Positions 1 through 15,685 are shown, counted from the first letter of the stretch. The stretch: DNA of 64,000 nt from Halocafeteria seosinensis (GCA_001687465.1 LVLI01000905.1:1-64000); one strand, 5' to 3'. Notes: generated by a model from the sequence alone, not told the origin. A program made the numbers and translations.

Positions 1-1228
1 GTCTTATGTGATCGATTCAAGTGCGGATGAAGGGTCTTTGTATGTTCCTCAAGAGTACTTAAAATGCGGAGGATCGGCTTGTACTTATTATATTGGTGTT
101 TACTCATCTACGAAGCAGTTGCATAGTCCTTCTTTCGGGTTCCGCATTGTCGCATCGACAGATCGAAGTTTCAGTCTTCTTGGGTGGGCTAAACCTGATC
201 AGTGGTTAGAATCACGTAGTGTGTTTGGACAAAATCCCACAATGGCCCATGTATATGAGGCGATTGGTCCGGTTGAAGGCAGTGGTGTACGGACGTTGAT
301 TCGTGCTGAGGCTTGCTCTTCTAAACCTCGCATTTTCGTGTGCTATCGCTCTTCGGATCCTTCCAAGCGTTGTTCTGATGGGTTAACTCAGCCCGGCCCT
401 CGGAATTATGTAACTAGGAGCTCGTTCGATGAGGAGACGTCGACAGCGATTGTTCCATCGTTTAATTTGACCGGACCTGTTTATATTTCAGTCATCCCCG
501 GGGATGGTGACCAGATTGAAAGTAATAGGGAAGTCAGTTTGTTGGGAGCTTATGGTACCCGGAAAGCTGTATTACATGTTGGGTTTGGATCACCGCATCA
601 GTTACCGCGACCGTCATCACCTCCCACCGTTAACTACGAGAAGCCGAACGAGATCGTTGTTCACTGGTCCGCCATTTCCAATTACGTACACGCACAGTAT
701 ACTGTATATGTAGCTCCAACTAACGATGTACAGAATACCCAAGACCATTATTTTCTCGACACTGCGTGTGGCCTTTTGGCAGCCTGGAACGGAACGAATC
801 TGAAGGATCATGGAAAGAAAGAAAATGTTGGAAAAAGTACGAAAGCGCATGTGGGGGGATTCAAGCAAAATAACTACACTGTGTTTGTCTTAGGAAATTG
901 CTCGAAGTCGACAGGCTGCCTTGGAGTGCATAGCCTTCAGAGCGAGCAACTGACGGTATTCCCCTCTGCTCGAGTATCTGTAGGACCAAATCCAAATCCA
1001 AAACCAAATCCTCATCCTTCTGGGCATTCAGGCTCGGGCAGCTCTAAGAAAGGAGCCATTGCAGGAAGTGTCGTTGCTGTTGTGTGTGCGATTGGGATTG
1101 CCTTGGGTATGACTTACTGGTACAGGAGACGACAGCCTGCCGTTGCTGCGTATGCAGATGAATTTACGTCTTCTCACTATGAACCAATGTTAGACGACGG
1201 TGAGCGGGAAGCTGTAGCTACTGTGTAA
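1..1228 (+). CDS. 3' part of a single-pass (type I) membrane protein with a Cys-containing extracellular region and a fibronectin-III-like module; 5' end outside the window
   Basis: Open frame to TAA at 1226-1228. FN3-like IVVHWS...YTVYV segment, PNPNPKPNP linker, TM helix IAGSVVAVVCAIGIALGMTYWY followed by RRR, and a YEPM (YxxPhi) tail. Confidence 0.7.
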   Translation, partial: SYVIDSSADEGSLYVPQEYLKCGGSACTYYIGVYSSTKQLHSPSFGFRIVASTDRSFSLLGWAKPDQWLESRSVFGQNPTMAHVYEAIGPVEGSGVRTLIRAEACSSKPRIFVCYRSSDPSKRCSDGLTQPGPRNYVTRSSFDEETSTAIVPSFNLTGPVYISVIPGDGDQIESNREVSLLGAYGTRKAVLHVGFGSPHQLPRPSSPPTVNYEKPNEIVVHWSAISNYVHAQYTVYVAPTNDVQNTQDHYFLDTACGLLAAWNGTNLKDHGKKENVGKSTKAHVGGFKQNNYTVFVLGNCSKSTGCLGVHSLQSEQLTVFPSARVSVGPNPNPKPNPHPSGHSGSGSSKKGAIAGSVVAVVCAIGIALGMTYWYRRRQPAVAAYADEFTSSHYEPMLDDGEREAVATV

Positions 1229-1622
1229 GCAATTGCTATAGTGTTAATTAGGATGCCACAGTATCGGATTGGCCCGAAGAACTACCCGACAGAATGAACA
1301 TCAGAGTGGTATACATGCGGTATTATAATAATACAACGGGTACCTATACTAGTACTAACCCGTATACATGCATAAACCCGTTATACATAACCACTGATAT
1401 TGCGGGATCGACCAGATTCAGACGTTGGACACTTTTTTTGGATGCATATACACTATTTGACGGTAGATGCGCCGCGGCCCCACTTGCTATACATCAGATG
1501 TGATAATACGTTAGCTGTCGGACTTCCACTAACAGACTGCAGTATTTGCCGCAAGCTAATTTCGTTCGCCCGGGTAGTTTTTCGTCTTCTGCAATCTCTA
1601 GAGCAGCTGCTGAAGGTGGTCT

Positions 1623-2310
1623 TTATCCTGTGCATCCGAGTTCTCCCCATCGTCGTGACAACGGTCCTATATCGCAAACGAATTGGGGCTTGCCTAATGT
1701 TGCACTCATGCGATTGTGCAAATGGCAAAGCCACAGGGAATATTTGCAATTTGTCGTGAACTTAGGTTGGTTTGATTTTTCTGCCTCCAGTGCTTCCCTG
1801 CAGCAATGCTCAGTGTATAATACTTTCCTCACCAGCGGCCGGCTTGGTCACTTACCGGAATTTCGGGCGGCATGACTCGCAGGGGTATAGCTCTCCCAAG
1901 AGGTCGATAAATTGATCCAGTTTCTCTTCAGTTTCTTTCGCGGGCAAGCGGTCGGCATGTGCTGCTATCTGATGTAGAAGCGTCCAAGTGCTTGAGCCAA
2001 CTTCTTCCGGCGTGGGTGGGCCTGAGTTTGGACATTATTGGAAAACCTATGCTCACTTTAGCTCTGGCTTCTGATTCGATCACCTACCTCGAGGTGGTAA
2101 TCCGTGGCCATTTTCACCAAGTTTGCTTCGTAAGTTCCCTTGAAGTCGATGACCTGGGGAATCCTGCGTACCATCCGTCTGTTGCTGTGCTTCCTCCAGT
2201 CCTCCTGTGGTGAGAGCCAACACGAATATCAGCACCATTGCAGCTCCAACCCCGAAAAGCATGCGCTGGAAGTAATTGTTGCATTTTTTCTGTCTCTCGG
2301 CCGGATCCAT
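1623..2310 (-). CDS. Erv1/ALR-family FAD-dependent sulfhydryl oxidase with N-terminal TM anchor (Erv2-like); 3 exons
   Basis: Spliced product: MDPAERQKK...TM...GPPTPEEVGSSTWTLLHQIAAH...LYPCESCRPKFR|EAL...SLWLCHLHNRMSATLGKPQFVC. Shows the Erv motifs GxxxWxxLH, YPCxxC and WxCxxHNxxxxxLGKP. GT-AG introns at about 2087-2022 and about 1855-1798. Confidence 0.88.
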
Positions 2311-2661
2311 TACGTTCAATTCCAAGCTCAAAACCTCATAATTTATTCTTCTTCCAACAAACTGAATTTTTCCCACGAGTGTAATAAGTAAGCAGCAAAA
2401 AATGAATTGTCAACAAACACCATGGACTGTGCTGTTGTACGTGGTAATACTAGTATGCATCAATATGCATGCCATGCTAAATGGATTTTGTTGAAGTTGG
2501 GGCACTCCATCGAAGCGTATTGACGCACTCACGGATCATTGATTCATTATCAAACCGTATATGGGTGGTGTTATACCGTAACACACCCTTCCTGGGGATA
2601 TATATATATATAGAGAGGGGGGTGGCATGGATAAGATGCAATTCCCAACAGGGCTTCAACA

Positions 2662-3180
2662 TTGGGGAGTGTATTTGCTCCTGAATGTCATTTATACCTG
2701 AATGAACATGTTCCCCGTAAATATGGTGAAGAAAGGTTTATTGATTGGAAATTGTCTCACGATGTCGACAACTTTGAAACGCTGGTCAAAGAGATGTATG
2801 TGCCTCGAGCCAGCGAGGAACCTCCGGCGCAGCACCGGGTGGAACTCATGGAGGAGGTGAAAACACAGTATTGTGCTACTACACAGAGCGCCTACGAGCA
2901 ATGGACAACCTTCCGAGCAGAAAATGCCGAGCCTAATAGCTCTGCCGTTTTGTTGTTGAATCTACTTCTGACACTTGTCATTGACCGTGTGCCACTTCAC
3001 GAGGCTCAAAGCGCGTACTGAAAGCCTGACATGATGTCTATAGAGGAGGCTCTAACTGCATCCCATACCATTTTGGCGCAGCAGGAGAGAGTACCTGCAG
3101 CCACAGTCGCTAAGTTGGTAGACCTTGAAGTTTATATCTACACTTCCTTTGACTTTCCTGATTGCAAAGAGCTTATTACA
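2662..3180 (+). pseudogene. Degenerate coding remnant, possibly the C-terminal part of a hAT-like transposase
   Basis: Frame continues through an in-frame TGA at 3019-3021. KYGEERF...AYEQWTTFR...LLLTLV...MMSIEE loosely follows the order of hAT C-terminal motifs (YG, EWxxF, LLTLP, LMxISIE). No TIRs found. Confidence 0.3.
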
Positions 3181-3873
3181 CTGTAATGTCCCAATTTCCG
3201 AAAGTACGCACAAACTGGGCCACAACCAGTGTAAACGTGGACTTCCACTTTACACTCACTTCAGCACTTCCCAGAATCGACATACAGGCGTAGTGGAGTT
3301 CCAAAGAGGGAAATACAGGCTTAAACGGAGCAGCACATATAAAGAAAGCAGGCTTCAAAAAGGACGCGTTTGGTAGTCGAGGCGACTACACACCGGTCAG
3401 AGGTCAACGAGTAGCATCTGCCTTGAGAAACTATTGGTATGCCAAGAGGACCTATAATGGGAGCCCATTGCAGCACAGACACTTCTAAATGTTTGTTGTT
3501 GTCTTGTGGCCCGAATAGATATTGTTCAGAAATTCAGTGTCCAACAGAAATACCGTAACAAAATTATGTTGACCCAAAACTGCGCTACCTATAACTCAAA
3601 TTGTGATCTGTGTTAAACAGTTATGTGTACTACGAAATCGTACGCAACGTGTGCAAGAGGACAGCGACTTCTTCCAGACGGTTCCATCATGTATGAGACC
3701 ACCTTGCCTCTCCTTCCTTAGTTTGGCTCCAAGCAACATGCGAGGCCTGTGAAGTTGAAGTACGTGCTGAATGGTCTTCTCAAATCATTGAAATTCAATG
3801 GTATTGTGATAAATAGACTGCCCATTGCGGTTTTTGGAACAGAACGTATTGTACAAGTACAGTGCAGTGCTGA

Positions 3874-5822
<1,949 letters not shown>

Positions 5823-5885
5823 AGCGAGAAGGCGTACTGCACTGTTGCTTTGAGCAACAGAAAGAGAGGCTATATGCTAATCCAT

Positions 5886-8800
5886 CTAGTCTAGTAGTGC
5901 CTGTATGCGATAAAAGTCTTGGTAGTCTAGTCGTCCATCGCCATTGCCAACTTCCCTGTCGATTTCAAAAGAAAGCCAATCGATCAGTTTAGACAACAGT
6001 CGAGGCAGAGGCTCCTTTTCATCCACAGAATATTTCTCTATCTCGGGGACACCTGTACCGTCGCATACCGATAAGCATGTTCGGTAGAGTAGCAACCGAG
6101 GCCTCGTACTAACCTTTGATGCCCTTTGGAAGTGTCTTTGCATGAACTGCTTGGCGGTATTTGAACATTGAGGACTGAAAATAGTTATCCAGGTATTGAT
6201 CAGTTGGAAGCGGTCTTATATGTGCAACGCGGCACAATCCCTGGGAATTGCAAGCCAACTCTTTTCTTATCATGACCGTAATAAGAGGACGTTGGAACGT
6301 TACGTACTTCCAGGAAATCTGCTATGTTTAAGTGCATCGTGTTGTTCATGTAGCCTTGCACATCTTGGTCGTTTGCACTCCTCATTCGTGACATCACGAA
6401 ACACATGGATGCATCCTTTTTGTTAAAGTTTTCCTGCATACAACAGAGAACACAGCTATCACCTGTAGTCTATCGGCAAGGCGCTAAGTAAACCATCTAA
6501 CGTACTGTATCAATGAGATTCGTTCGTTGGAGCAGTGACATCCACCCTTCGAAAGACATTAGTGGTCTGTCACTTCTGAAATACCAGGGGATGATAGATA
6601 TTCCGAGATGGCAGTGGTGAGAAGAGTAGTGGTGATCAAATGCTTCAGCACTTACTGAAAGATGGTACTTCCTCTAACCTCTAGCTTTTTCACGCCAGTA
6701 TCGCTTGTTCTCAAAATCTGAAGCAAAAGGTGCGATCTTATGATTCTGTATACAAAATTGAAACGATTCAACTTTTACCTTTTGTCGAGCAAATGCGCGA
6801 TGCGTCATATCTAAGTTCTTCCAGTTGCTATACAGAACCTTGCACACTTCATTCCTATAGACATACTGATCCCGATAGGTATCCCCAAACAGTTGATTAT
6901 ATTGCAAAAACTCTTTATCTTCAATCAATTTTGACAAGTCGGTTGAGATGAACTCAGACAGCTTTTCGCTCAATGTTGGCATAGAGGGATGCAGTAAACA
7001 CGCTAACCTCAGCAGTAATTCCACGAACTCAAAGCGAATAAGAGAGCGGTCAGGATTTAACAGATCTTCTTCAGAATTACCTTCTTGTTCACGATTCACC
7101 TGCATAAAGATGCTTACTACTGTTGTAACGGATTACGCGTGAGAAGTGATACCACGTACGGCTCTGTAGATGCTGTCCAGAGTGTGCTGAGTGATCCGAC
7201 TATCGGGAAGCCCTAGGTATCCGCAAAAGACTTTGAAATTCCATGGTGACATAGTACACACTTCTCGTACATCCGACGCAGCCAAGAAGTCAAACGCCTG
7301 GAACGGACAACGATGCGCTTAACACTGGAAGTGACACTGACTCGGTACATAATAGTACATACCCTCCAAATAATTTCGTAACGGGCGTAGAATACCTCTT
7401 CTAAGCCTTCACGAATATCATTCTCTTGCAAACCTGCAGGCAAATCCTCTTTTCGTAGTATTCGCTCCACATCTCGCCCCCAAGCATCGTGATATACCTG
7501 CAGCAAGACGGCAATGGGTGAAAAGCACGAAAACGCATATGAGCCACACTTTAGTCTTACTTCTTCAGCGTTGTACAAAGATTTAGATTCAGAGAAGCAT
7601 TTGCGAGCTTGGAAAACTTGCAGGTAGTCCACCTTCGCAGTTTCTGAACCAGTTGCATCTTCAGTACGGTGAGTAGATTTGTCTTGTGGCGTGATGGAAA
7701 CAGCAACACAAGGGCCGTTGATTAAGCAATCCAAATGTTCCAAACGCCTTGGTTCGATCTTTTGCGCTCTAGAGTCTCTAGCAAAAGGTAAAAGGTGCCT
7801 CACTTGAGTATTCACTTTCTTAGGAGTTTTCAGGCGTTGACGAGTGCTCCAGCCATGAAGGCTCTCTAAATCAACATAAACCATCGAGCATAGAAGCTCC
7901 TCACGCGCAAAGCCTGTTTCGTCAAACTCGTTACTCTGGAGTATGATGGTCGCAGAGCTCGATCTCATCCTTGCTGGTACTCGCTTTGTTTTCTTATGGA
8001 AACAGAGTACACCCGTAAGTTCATCTGGAACCCCTGCGGATTCCGCTTGAGGAGGCAGAGGGGGCGACGGTGGTGTCACCAGTGCAGCCTCATGCAGCAT
8101 GATAGGACACAGCGAAACCATTGCGGCTCCGGTAGCTCTCTCACGCACTGTTTCGTTCTTCCTATTCTTCTGCTCTCGCGGAGGAGAGCGTTGCGACCTG
8201 GAAATCAGAGGTGGAGAATTGTAACGAACCCGGTAACGGTGGTACAGGTACACAGAGTCTTACCTTCTCCCCTCACCTTCATCTCTGGATTCTGGAGAGA
8301 CAGAGACATTTCTTCGCATGCTTTCTACATTTCCGGAAAGATAGGGTTCTATATTCTTTCGCCGTTGCTTCAGTCGTTTTGATATAACCCTTAACTTTTC
8401 CATGTCTTCTAATTCTTTCCCATCTTCTGATAATTGTGGCAGCCGCTCCTCAACATCTGCACGTTTTTCTTTAGCGGGCGTTTTTGGCTTCTCCTTGGGA
8501 GTAGTTTGGGTACCCTCTCTATTCTGAGCGTCCGCAGTAGTTTGTTTATCCTCCCATGAACTATAGGTCTCGACAGCAAGACAAAGAATTGGCACATCAA
8601 TTTGTCGACAGTCTTGCCCTTTTTCTGCGTGTACTGGGGGAAGCGTTTCCGAAGAGAGCGACGATGAGGAGTCACGTTCCGTAGACCGAGCATAGTAGCG
8701 TGACATGTGTTCCAGAACATATTCAGTTGCAGGGCGATCCAGCCACAGCCCAATTAAGTGTCGCACAGACTGCCCGCATTTAATGGCCATGTCCGGCGTG

Positions 8801-11800
8801 CTGAGAAGATCTGGTCTCCACCGTCTCTCAAAGTTGCAATCGAAAGTTGTTTGAAATTCTGACATGTGCTCAATAGCAAAGGGGTTCTTGTCCCATCCTG
8901 CTGTAAACGTGGCGGGCGCGTGTTCGTAACGTGCAACGTAAAAATCGCAAAATTTGGAATCTTCTTTCCATACCGACCGAGGCCTGATGCTGTGTACGAG
9001 CGACATGGTGAGTCTCTGGTTTAGCTCTGGTAAGGTAACTGGAATATGATGAACAGCTTTGCTCCCAGGTTGGCTAGACTTATTCGGGCTCCTGTGAGCA
9101 GACCCGGTATCCACAACGTACTGCTTACCGAAAGCCGTAGAGGTTCGAACCCAGCTTAAGCTGGCACCGCGAATAAGCCCTTCATTTACTTCTGAAGGAC
9201 TTGGTTCATTCTCCTGAGTTGCTCTCTGAACTATTTTTGAGGGACTCAGATACCGTACGTCGTCTTCGTCGGATTTTTCAGGGTAACTTGTCCAATTTTC
9301 GGGGCTGTTTAGAGAGCCTTTATGAGGGTTCCTCTTATACTCCATGTTTTGGGAATACAGAGAGGACCGAATTTCGTCAAAAAACTCGTTAGACTTGTCC
9401 TTCAATTCTAATTGATACAGCCTTGTTCGGTTTTGCTGGTGCATAGATAAGTTGCGGAGGATCTGACAAGCTAAACCCTGAATGGTAGGAAAGAGCGGGC
9501 ACTTGCCGAAGACTAAGCAAGTGGGTGCCACAAAAACTAATCTCGGCAATGCCTCGTGAATCGTGCTTATCCGATGTAAAACAGCAAACACGTTGGTAAT
9601 TACATCCAGCTGAGCGCTCTGGAACAGTACCCAATTTAGACGTTCCACTCCTCCCGTTTCTAACAGGCTAACCAATGGTTGAGTATCAAGGCAACATAGC
9701 TCAGTAAGTACCCCTGAAGCATGGGAATGAAGCGCATCCAGACACGCTTTGTTTGTTTCTATCTTGATCGAGATCTCTCTGGGGTTCTCTACAGGAGTTT
9801 CCAGCAGCGTCAAACAGAGCTCTTCTAAAGCACATTCGCCGCCTCTGAGAATTAGCTGTTTATTGATCACATGATAGCGAAGCCGGCAAAATGCCATCAA
9901 AGTGCACAAACACTGCGACCGCAAAAAGTTACTGGTTTTTTCAGCTCTGCACGTACAATAAAGCAACAAAGGAATTCCGCAATTTGTCATAGTGCTAATG
10001 AGCTGGTCAGAGCCTTTAGCCAGCAAGGTATTGAGACAAGACACTAGCATCTTTTGAGATAATTCAGAGCCGTGCGATGCTTGTTCAGTATGATTATATG
10101 AAATTGACGCGCACACTAAAGCAGCAATTCTGGGCCACTTCATCAACGCGCCTTCCAAATGGGTTTCGCGGTTCTTCTGGGAAGATTCAACTGCAATGTC
10201 CTGCTCTTCACCTGCAACGCCCTGTTCTTCCGTTTTCGGACATAGCAAAAAGGCCGATAGATCCATAGTACAACAGCAATGGAAAGCTGCCACAATCGTT
10301 CGATAGAATTCATTCCTCGTCCACGTGAGAAGTTTAGCTGAATTTGTTGGGTTGTCCTCTTCGTACGACATGAAGCATTCAAAAGAACTACATCGGACAT
10401 CATTAAACCGTGTGTCGTCTTGAGCACCCGTTTGGACACACATGACAACATATAAATAAGGGCAGGGGTCTCTAACCTCCTCGGCAGCAGTGACAGCAAC
10501 TCCCCTGAGCCACTGTCGAATGACGTCGACTCGAGACAATTCTGGATCGTAGTTATCCGTAGCAGATCGTGCGGTACTTTCTGGCGATTTCACAGGAGTC
10601 AGACGTGCCATTCCAGCAATCCACTTTAACAAAGCATGAGATAACTTCTGCCATGCGGGTTCATTAGTCTCGGAAAGATGAGTTCCTATACGTGCTAAGT
10701 ACCAAGATCCTAACGAGGCGTGGGACAAGATTTCGAAGTCCGGGTACTTCAAGAGTCCTGAGAGCACCAGAGGTAGGATGCCGCATCCTGCGAGGGTCAA
10801 AACGTCTTCCTTTGCTGAGTCCGCAGACGAACGCTCACAGAGGCCAAGAATCTCCGACGAGACGCACTGCAAGATTTGAGATAAGCTACACGCAGCGTAG
10901 CGAAGTGTCCGAACTTCTACAGCTTGGTATTTCAATGTAGCATCCCATTCAGGTCCGTTCTCTAAGATCTGCACACACTTCCACTGCTCCATTGACCTAA
11001 TGCAAGCATCAATCACGATGAGTAACAACATTGGAGCCTCACTGAGTAAGCGACGAGGAGACCGGGTAACTATCCACCAGCACACAAATGCTTGTTCATA
11101 CATTCGTAGCCGAGCTTGCCCCAGCTGAGTTCGAGCCTTCTCATTTGCAAACGAATCATGAGAAATCTGAAGCGGTTCCCATAGCTTAATTAAGGATGTC
11201 TGAATCCTCGGATAGACTTCGTCGTAAAGTTTCTCTGCTTCATCAATACCATTTTCGAAAGAGACGCCGCGAAAGATCCTTCTGAGTAGCTGACTATATG
11301 CATCCGAGCTATGGATGAAGACAGATAGTTGTGGATGCAGCAATGCAATAGCTGCCGCAGCGATCCCGTTACCCTTGCCGACTTCTGAGGTTCTCTGGAG
11401 AGAGAATACAGCAATCAATTCGACCAGCATATACGCATTCACAGGGTCTATCGTGCCTACTGGGCAATGAACGTTGTCTAACATCGAATTGCGATCCACT
11501 CCGCTGCTTGCGAAAGTGAAGCTACTCTCAGCACATTCCCTGTCGCTGCGGACACATCTTTGAGTGGAATCATCTTCAAGTTTCCAATAAGGGAACAGCT
11601 CCTCGAACGAGCAGTTAAGCGAGGCGCTAATAGCCAGCAGTATTTCTTTATAGTCCAGAGGAAAGAAATACCGAAAATACGTTTGCGGATTACAGGACTT
11701 TCCTGTAAGCAGTAAATTCTGTACTTTCGCCCATACCAAGGCAGAGCCTTTCTCTACGAGAGACGCATAGCCCCGCTCTTGGGCTTTCCACTGCCACTCT

Positions 11801-13821
11801 TTGGGTATGTTCCACATAGGCGAAAACATGTTGCTACATTCCACTTGGAGGCTGCGGGGTGTGGAGTGTACGAAACGGATTTCTGGTGTCAGCAAGCCGA
11901 AGCACCAATTCAGCGTCGCCAGCATACAAAGAGTAAATGCCGTTAATTTGGGAGCTAGTAATGCCACAAGATCCAATACATGGATAGGTTGACTAGCTTT
12001 CCTGTTTTCCGAAAGCGCTATCTGAAGCCTCTCCGCGGATACTAAAGTAAGCAATGCTTCAACTTGACGCTTACTGAACTCATCGAACAACAAAATCTTG
12101 AGCAGAAGACTATCGGGAGACACGATTTGCGACTTCAAATTTTTATACTGACTAGCGGACTTTGGTAAATTTCCCTCAACCAGGTCTGCCGCAGCTGTAA
12201 CAGTGCGAACTAGAGACAAAGACGAGGAGCACTCATCAATCTTTTCAGGGAGATCGACAAATTTGCTCGCCGTTCGGCATGAGCAATCCATCTTTTCATG
12301 ACTGTCTATATCAGTGTAAGCAGAGCTCCACAAGAACTCGATGAAATTGCGGCAACGCTGCTTTTGCTCAACTGCACTCACAACAGCGCACTGGGAAATC
12401 AGTTGATGTCTCCTGTCCTCGCTTTTGACTGCTTGTACAAAGCGTTCGACTTCATCCTCTGAAGTATACTGATTGCTTCTGTGTAGTAAGTGCTCAGATA
12501 GCTCGCGTAAGAACTCAGTATCTCGTTGTGAAACCGTCGCAAAAGCATTCATTGCGATCAACAATGGTGTCTCTAACGGTCTTACGGTGATCACGTCACT
12601 CAAATGATCCTTAATAATCTGTTTCAAGACTGTAACTACAGAGCCGATGTATCCCCAGTTTCTAAGTACCCAATCTGCAAAGATTCCTATCTGCTGATCA
12701 GCAGCAATCCCCCAGCAGTACTGGTCCCAGTATTCCACTGTCTTCTCAGTTGTTCCTTCGGATGCTTGCAATCGTTTCAAGTCCGTGAACCATACAGCAA
12801 ACGGTTGGCACCATACCACCGAAGGAAAGTGCTCCGAACCTTCCAAGCTATTTGCGCGTTTGAAACGCTTGGAAAGCACAACGTGTCTGCGTTGGTATAC
12901 ATCCCTCTCCAGTGAGACAGGAAAGGCCCTGCTTGAACTTGACTGGGGACTTCGAACAGAAGAAGAAGTTCGAGGCTGGTCGGAATCAGTACCTGGTGTT
13001 AAAGATGCAAGATTTTCATCCGGTACCGTGAATAATCTAGAACGAGAATACGATATCGCCGCGGCGTAGCGTTCCAGCGTTTCCGTTTCAACCTTCGTCG
13101 ATAATTCCGCATGAGAAACGCATGTATTCAGGACAATCATCGCTGAACACAGCACTTCTTCCGTCACCACGGGGCTTCCTGCATAGCTGAGGATTCGCAA
13201 GATGCCATGCTCCATCAATGCGAAGCACTGACTCGGCTGTGAGTGACACAGAAAGATTGCATAGAGCTCTTCCAAGCAAGCTAGAATGATATAGCTCGCT
13301 TCGCTGATGGAGGAAATTGAAGATGTTGCTAGCAGTTTCTGTAGGAACTCCTGTGGAGGTGGTGCCAAGACGGCCTCCCGAGGAGTGGGGATTCCTTTCT
13401 TTGTGAGGCAGCAGCTGTGTATCGGGATTACTTTGAGCTCATCAAGATTGATACATTCCGTAATATGGGAAATAACGTGGTTGATGCAATGAATGACGGT
13501 ATCAAAATGCTCAGCTTTTACAGTTTCGCGGAATTCTGAATGGATCAGTTGTTGGAGTTGCGAGTAATTCTCTAGGGTGACATAGGCACCTGATTTCCGA
13601 TCCCATACCCACACCTCTTTAGCCAAAGACTTCGAAGAGAGCTGACATTGCTCCACGAGTTCATCCCACGTATCCGGGATAGGCTGGAAGTCGCCTGGCC
13701 GAGCGACGTTCGGCTCCTCTCTCTTGGTGATGCAGTAGAATGCCTGAGAGGTTCGAGGCCTCTTCAGTACCAGAGTGTTCATTCTACGATCTCTAGTACC
13801 GCGTGCCGAAAAAGAAGTCAA
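5886..13821 (-). CDS. Very large multi-exon protein (roughly 2,400 aa): helical/ARM-like N-terminal region plus a C-terminal EF-hand-like domain
   Basis: The 1853-aa ORF is joined by intron 8263-8198 (AG|GTAAG...CAG|G) to the 7213..8253 frame. Further exons give DSIYRA|VNREQ...NPDRSLIRFEFVELLLRLA, MSFEGWMSLL, HLNIADFLE|GLCRVA and a terminal DREVGNGDGRLDYQDF. ARM-like ACQILRNLSMHQQNRTRLY. Confidence 0.7.
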
Positions 13822-14345
13822 AAGATAGCGCCTAACGAACGCGTATGGAAGCCATAACCCTCCCTTAACGTTACGATCTTCTATCCAAGCTGACTCTGCG
13901 CTTTGTTCGACTCCATCAAAGTCCGCCGGCGTCCTCCCTGAGCTCTCTATCCTGCTTTAGAGCCGCATAAAACGGAATGGTACCGACGGACGCGCTTAGA
14001 GAGAGTATGGGAGTTCAATACCAGTCAGTGGATCTCGTTGCGACGTTCGGTCGCATACAGGAGACTCGTTCCCATAAAGAAATAATAAAAAAAAAACCCG
14101 ACAAGACAAACCAAGAAACACCACCATTCCATGCGTTTACGCACGCACACAAAGTGCCCGACAATACCACTCCTCAAATTTTCCAACGTTATACAAGACG
14201 ACTCCAGCGACGTTCGCTCCTTTTTTGTGAAGTTGAGTGCGTTGGAATCCGGATAATGTGGCGTAGAATACGTGTATTGAGTGTCCTATAGTCCCCTTTA
14301 AGGGTTTCTCCTTGGTCTAGTTTACGTCTGGATGGAAAACTGGAA

Positions 14346-15617
14346 ATGTCGAACAAACAGGCTGAAATCCGGGCGCTGATGCGCCGTGAAGCTTCCAAGA
14401 AGCAGCAGCAAGGCTCCATGGGCTCCACTTCCTCCTCCTCTACCACAGCAGCAGCAGCAGCCTCCGGTCATCGGCGCCCCCTGTCCAAGACAGAGCAAGT
14501 CAAGAAGGTGCGTTCTCCTCTCTCTCTCTCCAAGGTTGTCGGCATAAGATTTGTTCAGTGATCTTGCTTCCCCTGGTGCTGCAGCTTAAACAACTTCGAC
14601 AATTACAGAAACAAAATGCCAGTGGGACTAGTGGCAGACCAGCTCCCAATAATGCTGCTGCAGGAGCAGCAGCAGCCGCGACCCCTTCTGCTGGTGGTGC
14701 TGCTTCGCGCTCTCCGGTGGACCATCAGACCGCTGCAACGGGAGGGGGTGCTAGCAGTCTTCCCAGTGACTTTTTTGAGGAGGAGGATGCAGCTCCGGCG
14801 CCAGCACCGCCACGAAACGACGGTGGTGTAGGTTCCAAGCATCAACGGGAGCAACCAAGTGAATCGGGTGATCAGAAAACAGCCGCCGCCATACAGAAAG
14901 AGCGAGCTGCTGAAGCCGCCGGGAAAACAAAAGTCCCACACTGGTACAAAGTTGGAACCAAAGAAAGCCAGGACGATTCCTCAGAAAACAAAGCAGCTGC
15001 TGTACCGGAAGGGTTCTTTGAAACCCCAGATAGCTCTACTAGCCGTGGCCGAAAAATCCAGAAAGAGCAACAGCAGAAGAAAGCAGAGTAAGGAAAAACA
15101 TATACCCATTTATGTACTTTCGTAATAATTGCTGAACCGACTGTATCGTCAACGCAGAGCGGATTGGGAGGAGTTTGAGAAGTTTGCCAACAGCGTACAG
15201 CAGGAGGAACAGAAAAGAGAGCAAGAAGAGAATGAATCATATGAAGAACGAGCTGAACGAGCACAAGTAGAAACAGAAGTATATAAGCTGCGTGTCAAAG
15301 AGCTTAAAGAACGGCGCCGTAACCGTGGTACGAGCCAGGCATCGACAAAGCAAGATGACCCCGTTGAGAGTGTAAAAGACCCAGCCGACACAAGTGAGGA
15401 TGATTATGCTTGGTCGCTACTAACGACTGCGTCATGGCATGCTCCGGCGTTGTCCTCGAGCGATGTCCGGAAAACCATGCAACAGCAGCAACACAGTAAG
15501 TTCGCTGCTGTCCCCTCTCGACCTAAAGGCAAGTCATCGAATGCTCCCATACAAGACGAAGATGAGTCTGATTCGGATGACGATTTTGAAATTAGTTGGC
15601 GTGCTAAGGGAGTTTGA
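14346..15617 (+). CDS. ZNF830/CCDC16-like coiled-coil protein; 3 exons
   Basis: EIRALMRRE at the N-terminus, LPSDFF, VPEGFFE, ADWEEFEK, coiled coil, and an acidic tail ending WRAKGV, as in ZNF830 family members. No zinc finger seen. Introns near 14508-14584 and 15088-15157. Confidence 0.6.
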
Positions 15618-15685
15618 AGGATGAATACTTAAACCCTCTCCTCTGTTCTCTTGTCTATTGATCCGAAACGTTCCAAAGAAAGTTG

